A stretch of 64,000 nt of DNA from Eledone cirrhosa (GCA_964016885.1 OZ024749.1:13578001-13642000); one strand, 5' to 3'; positions 26,876-43,149 are shown, counted from the stretch's first letter. The notes: a model not told the origin generated them from the sequence alone. A program made the numbers and translations.

Positions 26876-27450
26876 TCAATGAAAGGATTGGAAAGCAAGT
26901 AGTAAATATTAATAAATTATTTGATGAGGTTGTTATTGCAAAAAGCTTTGGGGTTTCTAATGCAGAATTCGGGGCAACACAGAATTTGAAGTATGGCGAT
27001 TTTATTTCTTTGCTCATTGCAACGAAAGATAAATATAAGTAAAATAAAAAACATCTTAGGTCTGCTGTAGAATACGTTCATTGACTTCCTGGTGTTACTG
27101 CACCCGTTAAATAAATCTTGTGTTTTTTTTTGTGAAATAAATAATGTGTAGCCAGATAAGAAGGGCAATAGGGTGAGAGCTACAGTTGAGGGACTTCTAG
27201 TGTCTAAAAGAAACATTCCACTAAACTTGTGAAAATTGTTTGACAGAATTAAAAATGAAAATAAATTCCTTTAGTAAAATAGTTTCATGTGAAAAATACG
27301 AACGTACTGATGATTGAAAAAAGATAATACTTGATAATAAAAACATGTGTTCAGTTTAATTTATTTTTAAATGCTTCTGTTCTACTTGACAATATTTTAC
27401 GTGTATATGCTGTCAAGTAAAGAATAGCTGCTTTGTATAACTTCTGTTTT

Positions 27451-27720
27451 AAGGCGGTGAATTGGTAGAGTCGTTTGAATGTCGGATAGAACGCTTTGCA
27501 GATTTCGTTTCAGATCTCTGCTCTCTCAGTTCAAATCCCGTCGAGGTCAACTTTGCTTTTCATCCTTTCAAACTTGATAAGAAAAAAAAATACCAGTCTA
27601 GTACTGGGATCGATTCTTCCTCTCTATCCTTTTCTCAGTTCCATTATCTCACTCTCTCTCTATCCTTCTGTGGAAGAAATCTACTGTATTCGGAGCTGGA
27701 GATGAGATGGGCTCCGTCAA
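27451..27720 (+). mobile_element. SINE family A-related, old subfamily
   Basis: Head aaggcggtgaattggtagagtcg, family A core, and a tail shared with 23730-23975. Confidence 0.7.
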
Positions 27721-28143
27721 CACGACGCCCCATACGACGACTACCTCAGGTGTTAAGGGACCAGATATAACACCAGCTGCTGTTTCTCGTCATTCAACGT
27801 CTCTCACTTTCACTCTCAACCCTCTCAAGTGAGAAAGACAAATCGTATGACTTACCACCACACAAGTATCACTTCAACACTTGCGACGAGAAAGTACAAA
27901 ATGTGTTAATATATTTACTGTAACAACACCACCACCACCACCACCACAACCACTACCACCACCGCCATTACCACCACCAACGCCACCACTATTACCAGTA
28001 CAACCAAGAGCACCACCAGTACCATCACCATCACCATCACCACCACCATCACTGTTTGTGTGTGCGCATGTGTGTATGCGCGCGCCTGTGTGTGCGTATG
28101 TCTGTGTGTGTATTTCTTGTTAGAGTGTGTTCGTTATATATAT

Positions 28144-28237
<94 letters not shown>

Positions 28238-28262
28238 GTATAAACACACATGCATACATATA

Positions 28263-28309
<47 letters not shown>

Positions 28310-28427
28310 ACACATGCATACATATATAAATATATATATATAGATATATATATATATATATATATATATAAACACATGCATACAAACTTGCACATATTGA
28401 TAGATAGATATAGATACATATACATAC

Positions 28428-28521
<94 letters not shown>

Positions 28522-28639
28522 CGTCTATAGGTATATATATAAAATGTAATGAAATACTGACAGTTTCGTATTAAAATACAGAATTCTTGTGCAATCGACT
28601 CTGAAAGTTATCGTATTGATAACAGCGATTCCTTGATAT

Positions 28640-29147
28640 ATACCACCATCACTACCATGACTACCATGACCCCCACCTCCACCACCATCACTACCATGAC
28701 TACCATGACCCCCACCTCGACCACCATCACTACCATGACTACCTCCATCACCATCACTACCATCACTATCATGTCCACCACCACCACCATGACCACCACC
28801 ACCACCACCACCACTACCATCACTACCATGACCACCACCACCACCACCACTACCACCACCATCACCACAATCACTACTACCACCACCATTCCCACCATCA
28901 CCATCACCACCACCACTACCACCACCATCACCATCACCACCACCACCACCTCCCTCACGACTACTACCTCCCTCACCACCACTACCACCACCACCACTTG
29001 CCTCACCACCACCACCACAATCACTACTACCACCACCATTCCCACCATCACCATCACCACCACTACCACCACCATCACCATCACCACCACCACCACCTCC
29101 CTCACGACTACTACCTCCCTCACCACCACCACCACCACCACCACCAA
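28640..29147. repeat. (ACC/ATC/ACT)n compound repeat with internal block duplications
   Basis: Direct reading of the sequence. Confidence 0.9.
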
Positions 29148-29312
29148 CCTACCATTACTTTCTCTCTGTGTGGCTTCTGCTGTTCTAAGTTTGGGTCATA
29201 TCTGTGTTGCTAAGTAACAGGGAGATATATTTTATATTCACGTTTGAAGACGAGACCACCATTATATCACAAACTTCACATGTCAAAAACAGCTAATAAT
29301 ATATTATTATTT

Positions 29313-29497
29313 GGATTGGCAGTATCGGTAGAGGGTCGGACGCCATGCTTTCCAGCATAGTTACGTCCCTTTACGATCTGAGTTCAAATCCCGCCGAGGT
29401 TGACTTTGCCTTTCATCCTTACAGGGTCGATAAAATAAAGTACCAGTAATGCACTGGGTAATTGCTGGCCTTGTGCCTAAAGTAGAAACAATTATTA
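29313..29497 (+). mobile_element. SINE family A
   Basis: Near-identical to 15355-15536. Confidence 0.9.
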
Positions 29498-29542
29498 TTT
29501 CAAATCATACACTCATTAAAAAAAAAAGTCTAAAGTCTGTCT

Positions 29543-29807
29543 TAAGCCAGAAGGCTCTTTTGGCCGGCGCTTATCCCGGTTTCATGGCGTGAAGCGACTG
29601 AGAGTACAAGACTCCCCCCCCCCCCCCGGACAGGACGCCAATCCATCGCAGGGTTAAACCTCCAGCTGGTACTCATTTTCAGCTGAGTATATTGGAGCAA
29701 CGTGAAATGAAGTGTTTTGCTCAAGAACAACACGCAGCCCAGGAATCGAACCCACGACATTATGATCGTAAGTCCAACACTCTTACCATTAGGCCACGCG
29801 CCTCCAC
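29543..29807 (-). mobile_element. tRNA-derived SINE family B, full length
   Basis: The minus strand has gtggcctaatggtaag (A box), gggttcgattcc (B box), cttgagcaaaacactt, and aaccctgcgatggattggcgtcctgtcc (V-domain-like, from recall). Confidence 0.8.
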
Positions 29808-29874
29808 TCTCATATATGTATATATAAATATGTATGCATACAGATATATATGTCTGTATGTATATATATCTATA

Positions 29875-29944
<70 letters not shown>

Positions 29945-30460
29945 CATACGTACATACACGCATACATACATACATATATATACACACACATATATATGTG
30001 TGTGTATGTGTGTGTGTGTATGTGTGCGTGTGTGCGTGCGTGTTAAACCATCCAACAAAAACTGTATATTATATATACATGTATGTATATGCATAAATAA
30101 ATATAATATCGTGAGAGAAGGAATGAGAACGAAGCGACGCACAAAACACTGCCGCCGAGAGCGTTATTTGCGCATGAGCAGTTCATTACGATGTATTAAT
30201 TTCACCTCTGACCTTGCTCGTCTCTCTATCGATTTGTGAACCACCTGATCTATCTTATAAGAGCAACCACTCATTCACACATTCACACATTCATATACAC
30301 ACATATATTCATCTCGTCAGTCACTTACCACAGTGGTATATGACTAAGATTATCCCGTCATGCATTGCGACTGCTCACCCTCATGATGTCGTCTGCTACG
30401 CGCAGAATGTTTGGATCGTGCGGCCGCCATTTGTTTTTGTTTCAAACACACACACACACG

Positions 30461-30566
<106 letters not shown>

Positions 30567-30704
30567 TACATATGTACACACATACATACATACATACATA
30601 CATACATACATGATGGCTGCCCCCTCGTTATCGAGTATGGCCCTTGCACGATAAAGAAAAAAAACACATATATACATATATATATACATATATATATATA
30701 TGTA

Positions 30705-30796
<92 letters not shown>

Positions 30797-30853
30797 GTGG
30801 GGGGAATAGAGGGACAGATAGATAGAGCGTTCTTTTCTTTACACACACACACT

Positions 30854-30892
<39 letters not shown>

Positions 30893-31343
30893 AAAAGCGC
30901 TCTATCTAGTGTAAGAGAGCTAATTTATTATTATTATCATATGTGGGGGGGAGGTGTTTGTGTGTGGGGGTAGGTGTTTGTGTGTGCGTGTGTGTATGTT
31001 TGTGTGTGGGGAGGTGTGTGTGTGTATATATAAAGAGACCTAAGGAAAGGCTGTGCGTGAAACATCAACTATCTCATCTCACTCTCCACACATACACAGT
31101 ATATATAATATCTCTCTTCCTCCGCCATTCCATAGGAAGCAATACAGAAGTTAGGCAAAGGCTAGGGCAAATAAAGCTAAACGTGTGAGCAAAGATTATT
31201 GAAGGGAAAAATAATTAGAGAAATATTCATGAATTTCAGCTGATGAGAGGAAAAGGTCGAAATTATTGCAAACGGATGGAGATTTACTTGTGATTTCATA
31301 CATATATATATATATTTATATATATGTATATATGTTTATTATG

Positions 31344-31392
<49 letters not shown>

Positions 31393-31479
31393 ACACACAC
31401 ACACACATATATATATGTTTATATATATAAACATCTATGATTGTATATATATATGTGTGTGTGTTTGCGTGTGTGCGTG

Positions 31480-31554
<75 letters not shown>

Positions 31555-31628
31555 AAATACATATATACATACATACACACATGTTTGCGTGTGTGTTCGT
31601 GTGTGTGCGTGTATATATATATATACAT

Positions 31629-31674
<46 letters not shown>

Positions 31675-31703
31675 AAATACATATATAAATACATATATAC
31701 ATA

Positions 31704-31798
<95 letters not shown>

Positions 31799-32357
31799 TA
31801 TATATATATATATATACATATACTTATATATAGGTTCTTTTTTTTTTGCTGTCATGGTTAACACATCAAGTCATTTTCTCTGACTGGCACCAGACAAGTT
31901 ATTAAAACTACCTTCGCTTGCTGAACCCAGTTACATGAATACCAGAGGGCAGCACTGTAGACATATTAACGTCTGTTGTTGTTGTTGCTGCTGCTGCTGT
32001 TGCTACCGTGGTGTTGTTGTTGTTGTTTTTGTTGTTGTTGTTGTTGTTGTTTATGCTATATTACCATATTCACAAGGTTTCACGAGAAAGCGAAAGGATA
32101 TAAACCTTTCCCTGATACTTACCCCCTCCCCCACCCCACCAACCCGACCTTAAGCAAACCTTACCTATCCCCACACACCCTGCCCCCGCTTCAAACAAAC
32201 CTACAAAAAATATAAATAATAAAAAAAGCACAAATATAGCAATAACAAAAAAAGAAGAAAGAAAAATAGACGAAAGCAAGGACGAAAGATTTTTTTCTGT
32301 CAGTGTGGTAATAACGTTCAACGGTTCTCTCTCTCTCTCTCGCTCTCTCTCTCTCTA

Positions 32358-32432
<75 letters not shown>

Positions 32433-32542
32433 CTTTTATATCTATCTTTCTATCTATCTCTCTCGAAAACTGACAGAAAAATTATAGTGTATTGCCTCTT
32501 CCTGTTTTTGGTGGAATGGAAATTAAAGTAGACACATATATA

Positions 32543-32673
<131 letters not shown>

Positions 32674-32701
32674 GTGTATATATATATATATATATACATA
32701 C

Positions 32702-32769
<68 letters not shown>

Positions 32770-32882
32770 ATATATACATACATATATATATATATATATA
32801 TAAGTGTGTCTGTGTGTGTTAATGATATATATATATACGTATGTATATGTATGTATATATATATATGTATGTATATATGTAT

Positions 32883-32917
<35 letters not shown>

Positions 32918-32956
32918 CATATATATATGAATACATGTATATGTGAATGCATGTGC

Positions 32957-33058
<102 letters not shown>

Positions 33059-33267
33059 AAAGGGGGGGGGGTCAAGTAACTTTCTAAAGCGACGACCAAT
33101 CTCTGTTCATCTTATATTGTTTCAAGAATCATGATGTCACAAAATCATCCGACAAGACAAACGATGTGGCTTTCATTCCGTTATATCTGCAACTAAAAAA
33201 ATAACACTGCCGACCTTTTCACATCCACGTGTACCATTAATGTTTTTCTCTATGACAAAGCTGAACT

Positions 33268-33307
33268 CTTTTAATTACAGTTGCTACTTATTTTCTTCCA
33301 GGTAAGT
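33268..33307 (+). other. Candidate 21-nt microexon (33281-33301) or recursive splice site
   Basis: cttttaattacAG|TTGCTACTTATTTTCTTCCAG|GTAAGT. The donor is a perfect consensus, and the 21-mer itself ends in a polypyrimidine tract plus CAG. Confidence 0.4.
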
Positions 33308-33406
33308 TGTTATTCACAACTTTAATAAACTGTCTTGTTCAGCGACATAACACAGATTTGATCTCCTGACATTACGATTGTCAGTCGAATACTACACCAC
33401 TCACCC

Positions 33407-33457
<51 letters not shown>

Positions 33458-33468
33458 ATATATGTATG

Positions 33469-33656
<188 letters not shown>

Positions 33657-33891
33657 TATATATATATGTTATGGAATACTATTAGCTTATCGCTAAAACA
33701 ATTTCTATACCTTTCATTTATATATATATATATTTATAAGCTTGTGTTTGTCGGTCAGTCAATGGCAACATTGAGGACCGAGTATATTAGATTACCGATA
33801 TAAAAGACACAGAAGCGAAAAGCGAAAACCAACCAAACAGTGAGTGTGTTCTGTTATTAATTCTGGCAATATTACACAAATATGACCCTCC

Positions 33892-34291
<400 letters not shown>

Positions 34292-34312
34292 ATATATATA
34301 TATATGTATATA

Positions 34313-34537
<225 letters not shown>

Positions 34538-34550
34538 GTATATATATATG

Positions 34551-34586
<36 letters not shown>

Positions 34587-34691
34587 TATAAAAGAGACGA
34601 ATAGTCAAATACGGCGTAAGCACATGTTACTACCTAATTTTATATATATATATATATATATAGTTATGTAATAAACAACATAAGGCAATTA

Positions 34692-34751
34692 TTTCATTTA
34701 CCAGTGGTTTCTTAAAAGCAAAAAATTTTGCTTTCAATCATCAGAATGAAA
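34692..34751 (-). ncRNA. Canonical type I hammerhead ribozyme
   Basis: The minus strand reads tttcatt-CTGATGA-ttgaaagcaaa...tttgcttttaa-GAAA-cc-act-gg-TA-aatgaaa: 7-bp stem I, long stem II, GUA triplet. Confidence 0.88.
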
Positions 34752-34828
34752 AAATCCTGGTCTATTTATTGAATTGGATTCTTAAAAAAACTATATATAT
34801 ATATATAAAAAAACTATATATATAAAAA

Positions 34829-34868
<40 letters not shown>

Positions 34869-34877
<9 letters not shown>

Positions 34878-35018
34878 GTAAGGAACCAGATGGACCATAT
34901 CGCACCAGAGTACTCAATATTTAGGGTAGTAGAGTGGGAAATAGGAAAAAGTATGACCCCGACGTCCAGAAATAGCCGTCAAAACGGCTTGAGCTCTGCC
35001 GTCGGGGTCATACTTTTT

Positions 35019-35022
<4 letters not shown>
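34869..35022 (-). mobile_element. Family F3 foldback mini-element, second copy
   Basis: Arms taggaaaaagtatgaccccgacg / cgtcggggtcatactttttccta. Confidence 0.8.
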
Positions 35023-35074
<52 letters not shown>

Positions 35075-35171
35075 GGTAGTAACATGTGCTTACGCCGTAC
35101 TTGACTAAATAGAATTAGTCTGTTAGTTCGGATTTTAAAAAGCCCTCTGAATAGAAAAACGGATGGTGGGG

Positions 35172-35848
35172 TAGCAGACAACTGACGATGGATATTCCCC
35201 TCTTTCGCCCGTATTTTTTATTTTTCATTATACTTATTTGCAACCACACAGCTCGCCATTTTATTCATATAAGCTTCCTTCTCCGCTGTGACCCGTCTCT
35301 TTTCTCTCCCCTTGTTGATATCCTCTCTCTTCTTCTCCTCTTACTTTCGCTCACCCCCTCTGCTAGTCCCCTTCTCTCTGCTAGCCTGCTACTATAACTA
35401 TCTTTCTCGCTTCCTCTTACTTTCACTCACTCCCTCTCTGCTAGTCACCCTCTCTCCGCTAGCTCACTTCCTCCCTCGTCCGCCACTGTAATCAGTCTCT
35501 TCTCTCGCTAACGCGGCTTCAGTGAAGACGTGCCTTTTTTCTCTCCTCAAACTCGCCAGTTCTTACATTCGAAATGAGTTGTTGACTTATATTTTTCCTA
35601 TTTTTCCTATTTTTCCTCTCTTTACGTTGCATCACCCTTCGTGTCTGTTTACATGTTTTTCTCCTTCCCCCCTTTTTTGATCCCAATAACTTATTTTAGT
35701 TATTGTTCGCCCTAGGTTGAGGTATCTTGTGTCTAACGCGAAAAAATACCTATGATTCCTAGCAGACAACTGACGCTGGATATTCCCCTCTTTCGACCGT
35801 AACTTTTATTTTTCATTATACTTAATTGCAACCACACAGCTCGCCATT
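35172..35848 (+). mobile_element. Non-coding element with ~88-bp direct terminal repeats (588-bp period), pLTR-like
   Basis: tagcagacaactgacg...cagctcgccatt occurs at 35172 and 35760. The second copy runs into (TA)n. Confidence 0.7.
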
Positions 35849-35867
35849 ATATATATATATAGATATA

Positions 35868-35939
35868 TTAAGAGTTTCAAAAGATGCCGTTAATGGTGAA
35901 AGCAGCGATTCTTTGCTTAAACTTTAATCTGTTATTTTA

Positions 35940-35945
<6 letters not shown>
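35868..35945 (+). mobile_element. Family F1 fragment with degenerate hammerhead
   Basis: agttt-caaaaga(~CTGAAGA)-tgcc-gttaat-ggt-GAAA-gca...tgc-tt-aaact. Confidence 0.6.
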
Positions 35946-35971
<26 letters not shown>

Positions 35972-35974
<3 letters not shown>

Positions 35975-37502
35975 TGTTCAAGTCCTTTAATAATAATGCT
36001 GTGATATATATTTCAATAGCGACACTGGCCACACTGTTCTGTGTGCGAGTGTCGTAACATCATCAGACAGTTTGTTACATAATAAGGTTATGTTTCCGAG
36101 GCAATCCAAATTGAATTGCGTGCTTGAACATCTGAAACTACTTCGCTTTTCCTTATTCGATATTTACTCCGTCACTCCTATGTGGAAAAAGTACGTTGAG
36201 TGCTTGAATTGAATTGCATCAATGTTTACCCTAATAATTTAGCTCCAATTAGTTGAGCGCTCTATGATGTAACCGATATGGTGGAGAAGAGAGGAACCAA
36301 CCATGAGCTGCCCCGGAAATTCCCTCTACCATGGGGATGGAAACCCCTGAAACTGGACAGACATAATAGTAACTTTCGGCAGGATAAATACACGGAAACA
36401 AAAAATAAGATAAACCTCTATTTCCCTGCACCAAATCGCATTTGAACAGAAGCCCCCCTCAATTCAATCTATACATGGACAGATTGACAATCATATGGAT
36501 CATTTTGCATATATGTACTCTGTGTTTTTGCATTTTTTCTTCAATGTCTGTTTTTCTTTGGTATTGTTCCATGTGATGGAAATTATGACTGTGTACCAGA
36601 TTGACTAATGCCTTGAATGCTGTAGTTTACCCTCCGTTCTAATGTACGGCACTGTCGTTCAATATGTGGATAGAGTAACTGTGACACTAGAACCCCTCTC
36701 AGAACTTCTTACTTAAACATCTCTCTCCATATTATTTACTCACTTCAATCTATTTTTTTTTTTACTCACCTCAATCCGAATTCTCACTCGAAAAAAATTT
36801 CTAACTTTTAATTACTAATTGTTAATTTTTTAATTGTTTAATTTATAATTTCTGATACTTGATTTAGGACTTTAATTTATATTTCCAACTCTCACTCTTA
36901 ACTTACAATGTAAAATCATGATACCTAGAATTAAGTTTATTTTCCCTTTGAGTTGATGGTCAGTCGTACTGTCCACGCTAGGTGAGAGGTAGTATTATGA
37001 CCTGTAAAAACTAACACTCTCCCACCCCCTCTGGCTTTCGACTGACTACCAAAGTCGAGATGGGTAGTAGTAAACTATGGTACGGGCCATTGTGTCACTG
37101 AGAGGGTGAAATGACTAAGCGAATTTCGTTGAAATCTGCGGTAGCTAATGGTCAACTTCCTTCGGACATGCGCACGCGCAGACCAGTGGGGGTGAATTGG
37201 TACTCACAGGGGAACGGGTGATAAACCCAAAAGCACGCATTTCATCCGTTCCCATGTCGGATTCAATTTGGATTGCCTCGGAAACATAACCTTATTATGT
37301 AACAAGCTGTCTGATGATGTTACGACACTCGCACACAGAACAGTGTGGCCAGTGTCGTCATTGAAATATATATCACAGCATTATTATTAAAGGACTTGAA
37401 CATCTGAAACTACTTCGCTTTTCCTTATTCGATATTTACTCCGTCACTCCTATGTGGAAAAAGTACGTTGAGTGCTTGAATTGAATTGCATCAATATTTA
37501 CC

Positions 37503-37505
<3 letters not shown>
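35972..37505 (+). mobile_element. 1.5-kb non-coding PLE-like (retrozyme-like) element with direct and inverted pLTR copies
   Basis: 36123-36235 repeats directly at 37395-37505 (period 1272). 35972-36116 is the reverse complement of 37261-37405. TA tracts lie at both ends and there is no long ORF. Confidence 0.9.
37306..37379 (+). ncRNA. Type I hammerhead ribozyme in pLTR
   Basis: gctgt-CTGATGA-...acgacact...agtgtcgt...-GAAA-tatata-TC-acagc: stem I gctgt/acagc, palindromic stem III, AUC triplet. An inverted copy lies at ~35998-36071. Confidence 0.88.
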
Positions 37506-37557
<52 letters not shown>

Positions 37558-37730
37558 TTATTTATTCAAATAACAGATTAAAGTTATATATATATATATA
37601 TAAAGCTATATACATATATATACATTTAATTACATAATAAACAACACCATATAATTATTCCACGCCCAAAGGTTTAAAAAAAACGAGACGATTCTTACAT
37701 TCCTTTACCTTTTCTACGGAAATACTTAAA

Positions 37731-37761
<31 letters not shown>

Positions 37762-37850
37762 CACACAGGCTCAATGACAAATAGGCATTTGTTTTTCCCA
37801 AAACGTAATAACCTATTTCTTTCTAAATAATCTTTAAAAAAACTCCTAAA

Positions 37851-37922
37851 AGTTCTGGTGAGGATCGAACTCACGACTTTCTGCGTATAAAGCAGACGTG
37901 ATAACCACTACACCAGATTCAC
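37851..37922 (-). pseudogene. tRNA-Val(TAC)-derived pseudogene or SINE head (anticodon now TAT)
   Basis: gtg-tagtggttat-cac g tctgc-tttatac-gcaga aagtc gtgag-ttcgatc-ctcac. The D, anticodon and T arms are intact but the acceptor stem does not pair. A T-run follows. Confidence 0.75.
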
Positions 37923-38136
37923 AACTGCAGATGATCGCCATTTTTATATTTTTTAAGTCATTTTTAACATATCTTTTCTAATATCAGGCGAGTATATGAA
38001 AGCATACAGAAAAGCTATTGTATAAGTATTCATATACGTGTCTTGTATAATCAAAGATATGTGTATGTGAGTGCGTACATGCATGTATATATATATATGG
38101 AAGGGGTTGTGTGTGTGTGTATATATATATATATAT

Positions 38137-38281
38137 AAATTCAGGAGCCCGTCGGCTGAGCTCCGGCCTTTTCATCAGCTAGATCCGGCCGGAGCTCAGA
38201 CGCCAGGGTCCTGAATTTTTTCATATTAACGACTCTACTACGCTAAGTATCGAGTACACTGGTGAGTAATGGCCTAACTGG
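38137..38281 (+). mobile_element. F3-related foldback mini-element interrupted by a MITE (continues at 39000-39025)
   Basis: Inverted arms aaattcagga...ctgagctccggcc / ggccggagctcag...tcctgaattt, then ctctactacgctaagtatcgagtac. Confidence 0.7.
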
Positions 38282-38999
38282 GGCGATATCCAATTTTAGT
38301 AGACTAAATGCTGCTTACGTGCTGTAGTTGCTGTTTACTTCAATGTATGAGGCTATTCCAACAAATTTACATTCCCCCTTTTTTAGCCGTTAAAAGAAAT
38401 ATAGATTTATTTATTGTTTTTTTTTTGCGATTTATTTGCCACTGGGGCATAGATTTCTTTATTTGCCACGTTTTTGTTTGTTTTTTTTTGTTTTTTTTGC
38501 CGATCTGTGGGGATATGTCGCCGGCCAACAAATGGTCCTCTTCTTCCGATACCACTTCGAAAGAAGGATCAAGGTGGAGAAAAAGGCACTCAGTCCCAGC
38601 CAATTCCATGAAAGATGGGTGAAAGTAGCAATAATGGCCCGTGTAAGTGGGCCATCTCTCTATATCGGCTTGTACAGGTAAGAGAAGAAGGGAGCACCCC
38701 CCTCTCTCTGTGCTCCCTGGCAGAAAGGTCGCACACTTTCTACGGGGGTGTGTGTGACCCCAAAAGGCTGCCTCTCTATTGAGGACTTAAACAAAAAAAC
38801 AAACAAAAACGTGGCAAATAAAGAAATCTATGCCCCAGTGGAAAATAAATCGCAAAAAAAAAACCAATAAATAAATCTATATTTCTTCTAACGGCTAAAA
38901 AAGGGGGAATGTAAATTTGTTGGAATAGCCTCATACATTGAAGTAAACCGCAACTACAGCACGTAAGCAGCATTTAGTCCACTAAAATTGGATATCGCC
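38282..38999. mobile_element. 718-bp non-autonomous DNA transposon (Merlin-like) with ~210-bp TIRs and an 8-bp TSD
   Basis: TIRs start GGCGATATCC (38282-~38493 and ~38789-38999). CTAACTGG is duplicated at 38274-38281 and 39000-39007. Confidence 0.85.
38500..38770 (+). pseudogene. Tx1-like LINE ORF2 C-terminal fragment inside the MITE
   Basis: GQQMVLFFRYHFERRIKVEKKALSPSQFHERWVKVAIMARVSGP is homologous to GQSLINFFKFHLERRVRVEREVLPPSTFSKRWVNVARMARVNGP at 1950-2100. Confidence 0.85.
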
Positions 39000-39323
39000 C
39001 TAACTGGTTTTTACCGCCTCCATTCTGATATATATGTGTGTGTGTGTGTGTGGATGTGTGTCTGTGGATGTGTGTGTGTGTGTGTGTGTGTGCGTGCGTG
39101 TGTGTGGCGTGTGTATATATATATATATATAGTTGATAAATGAAAGGAAACAAAAACAAGGATACAAAGATACACAGTTATAAATAGAAAGATAGATAGA
39201 TAGAAAATAACTTCCAGTTCATTTCCATCTGCACAGGTTGAGACAAGTTGGCCCTCTTGCCGAACGAAACGTACGTTCCTAGTATGGCGCCCTTTTCGTA
39301 ACTGGCCTTAATAATTATATATA

Positions 39324-42177
<2,854 letters not shown>

Positions 42178-42274
42178 GCATACCAACTATAACACATATA
42201 TACCCTAGAAACGATCGTTAAATAGTGAACCTTTTTTGTTTAATATAAGGAATTGTTTGTTCATTATTTGTTTA

Positions 42275-42332
<58 letters not shown>

Positions 42333-42336
<4 letters not shown>

Positions 42337-42425
42337 TAACAGATTAAAATTTAAGCAAAGAATCGCTGCTTTCACACTTAACAGGATCTTCTGATTTTAG
42401 TCTTCACATTTATTATTATCATTAC
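42333..42425 (+). mobile_element. Family F1 mini-element with inverted 5' segment
   Basis: The inverted arm (reverse complement contains cagaaga...GAAAgcagcg) is joined to the tail gattttagtcttcacatttattatt. Confidence 0.7.
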
Positions 42426-42440
42426 TATATATAAATATAT

Positions 42441-42475
<35 letters not shown>

Positions 42476-42476
42476 A

Positions 42477-43149
42477 TTGGAAGCCTCGACAATGCAGATG
42501 GGTAAATTTCCGGGTAACAGAATCAGGTGGTAATGAGAGAGATGTGAGATGAAATATAGAATGAGACGTATAGGGTGTAGAAGAACGTAGGAAAGAGTGT
42601 AAAAATAATTGTTTCTACTTTTGGCACAAGGCCAGCAATTACCCAGTACATTACTGGTACTTTATTTTATCGACCCCGTAAGGATGAAAGGCAAAGTTAA
42701 CCTCGGCGGGATTTGAACTCAGAATGATAAGGGCCGTAACTCTATGCGTCAAAGCATGGCGTCCGACCCTCTACCGATACTGCCAATCCACGAAAAATAA
42801 TAACACGAGATAGAGTTACCTTGGAAGTAATTTAATTGTCCCTATATTTCGGTAGACAACAGAGGCCACGTGTTGTTCCTCTCCGACTAAAAACTTTCCC
42901 CCTCGGAAAACCCCCAGTTGATGGATGCGAAATCCGAAATATAGGGACAATTAAATCACTTCCAAGGAAACTCTATCTCATGTTATTATTTTTACACTCT
43001 TTCCTCCGTTCCTCTACACTCTATACGTCTCATTCTACATTTCCACTTACATCTCTCTCATTACCACCTGATTCTGTTACCCGGAGATTTACCCATCTGC
43101 ATTGTTGAGGCTTCCAAAACGTCCAATTTTATTATTCCACAATGCTTCA

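Larger units (their letters stand above)
24619..26950 (+). pseudogene. hAT-superfamily transposase pseudogene
   Basis: Read across frames: MPERAWCIF..., FSVVHGGRSDIKDH, AAKETTFAFQTISHNLSF, ETADIL, GDNCNTNF, AHIEYNCLQTAVDLLP, KEFCEFAGIEYK, NTRFLSMLPVVERIL...LKSYF, LFDEV. It has many stops and frameshifts, and no TIRs were found. Confidence 0.8.

Noticed and set aside
26917-27216. 99-aa minus-strand ORF
   Set aside because: No recognisable motif, and it partly overlaps the hAT remnant on the opposite strand.
31236-31272. Hammerhead-like ctgatgag...cgaaa
   Set aside because: Stems I-III cannot be paired convincingly. It may be a decayed copy but is not supported.
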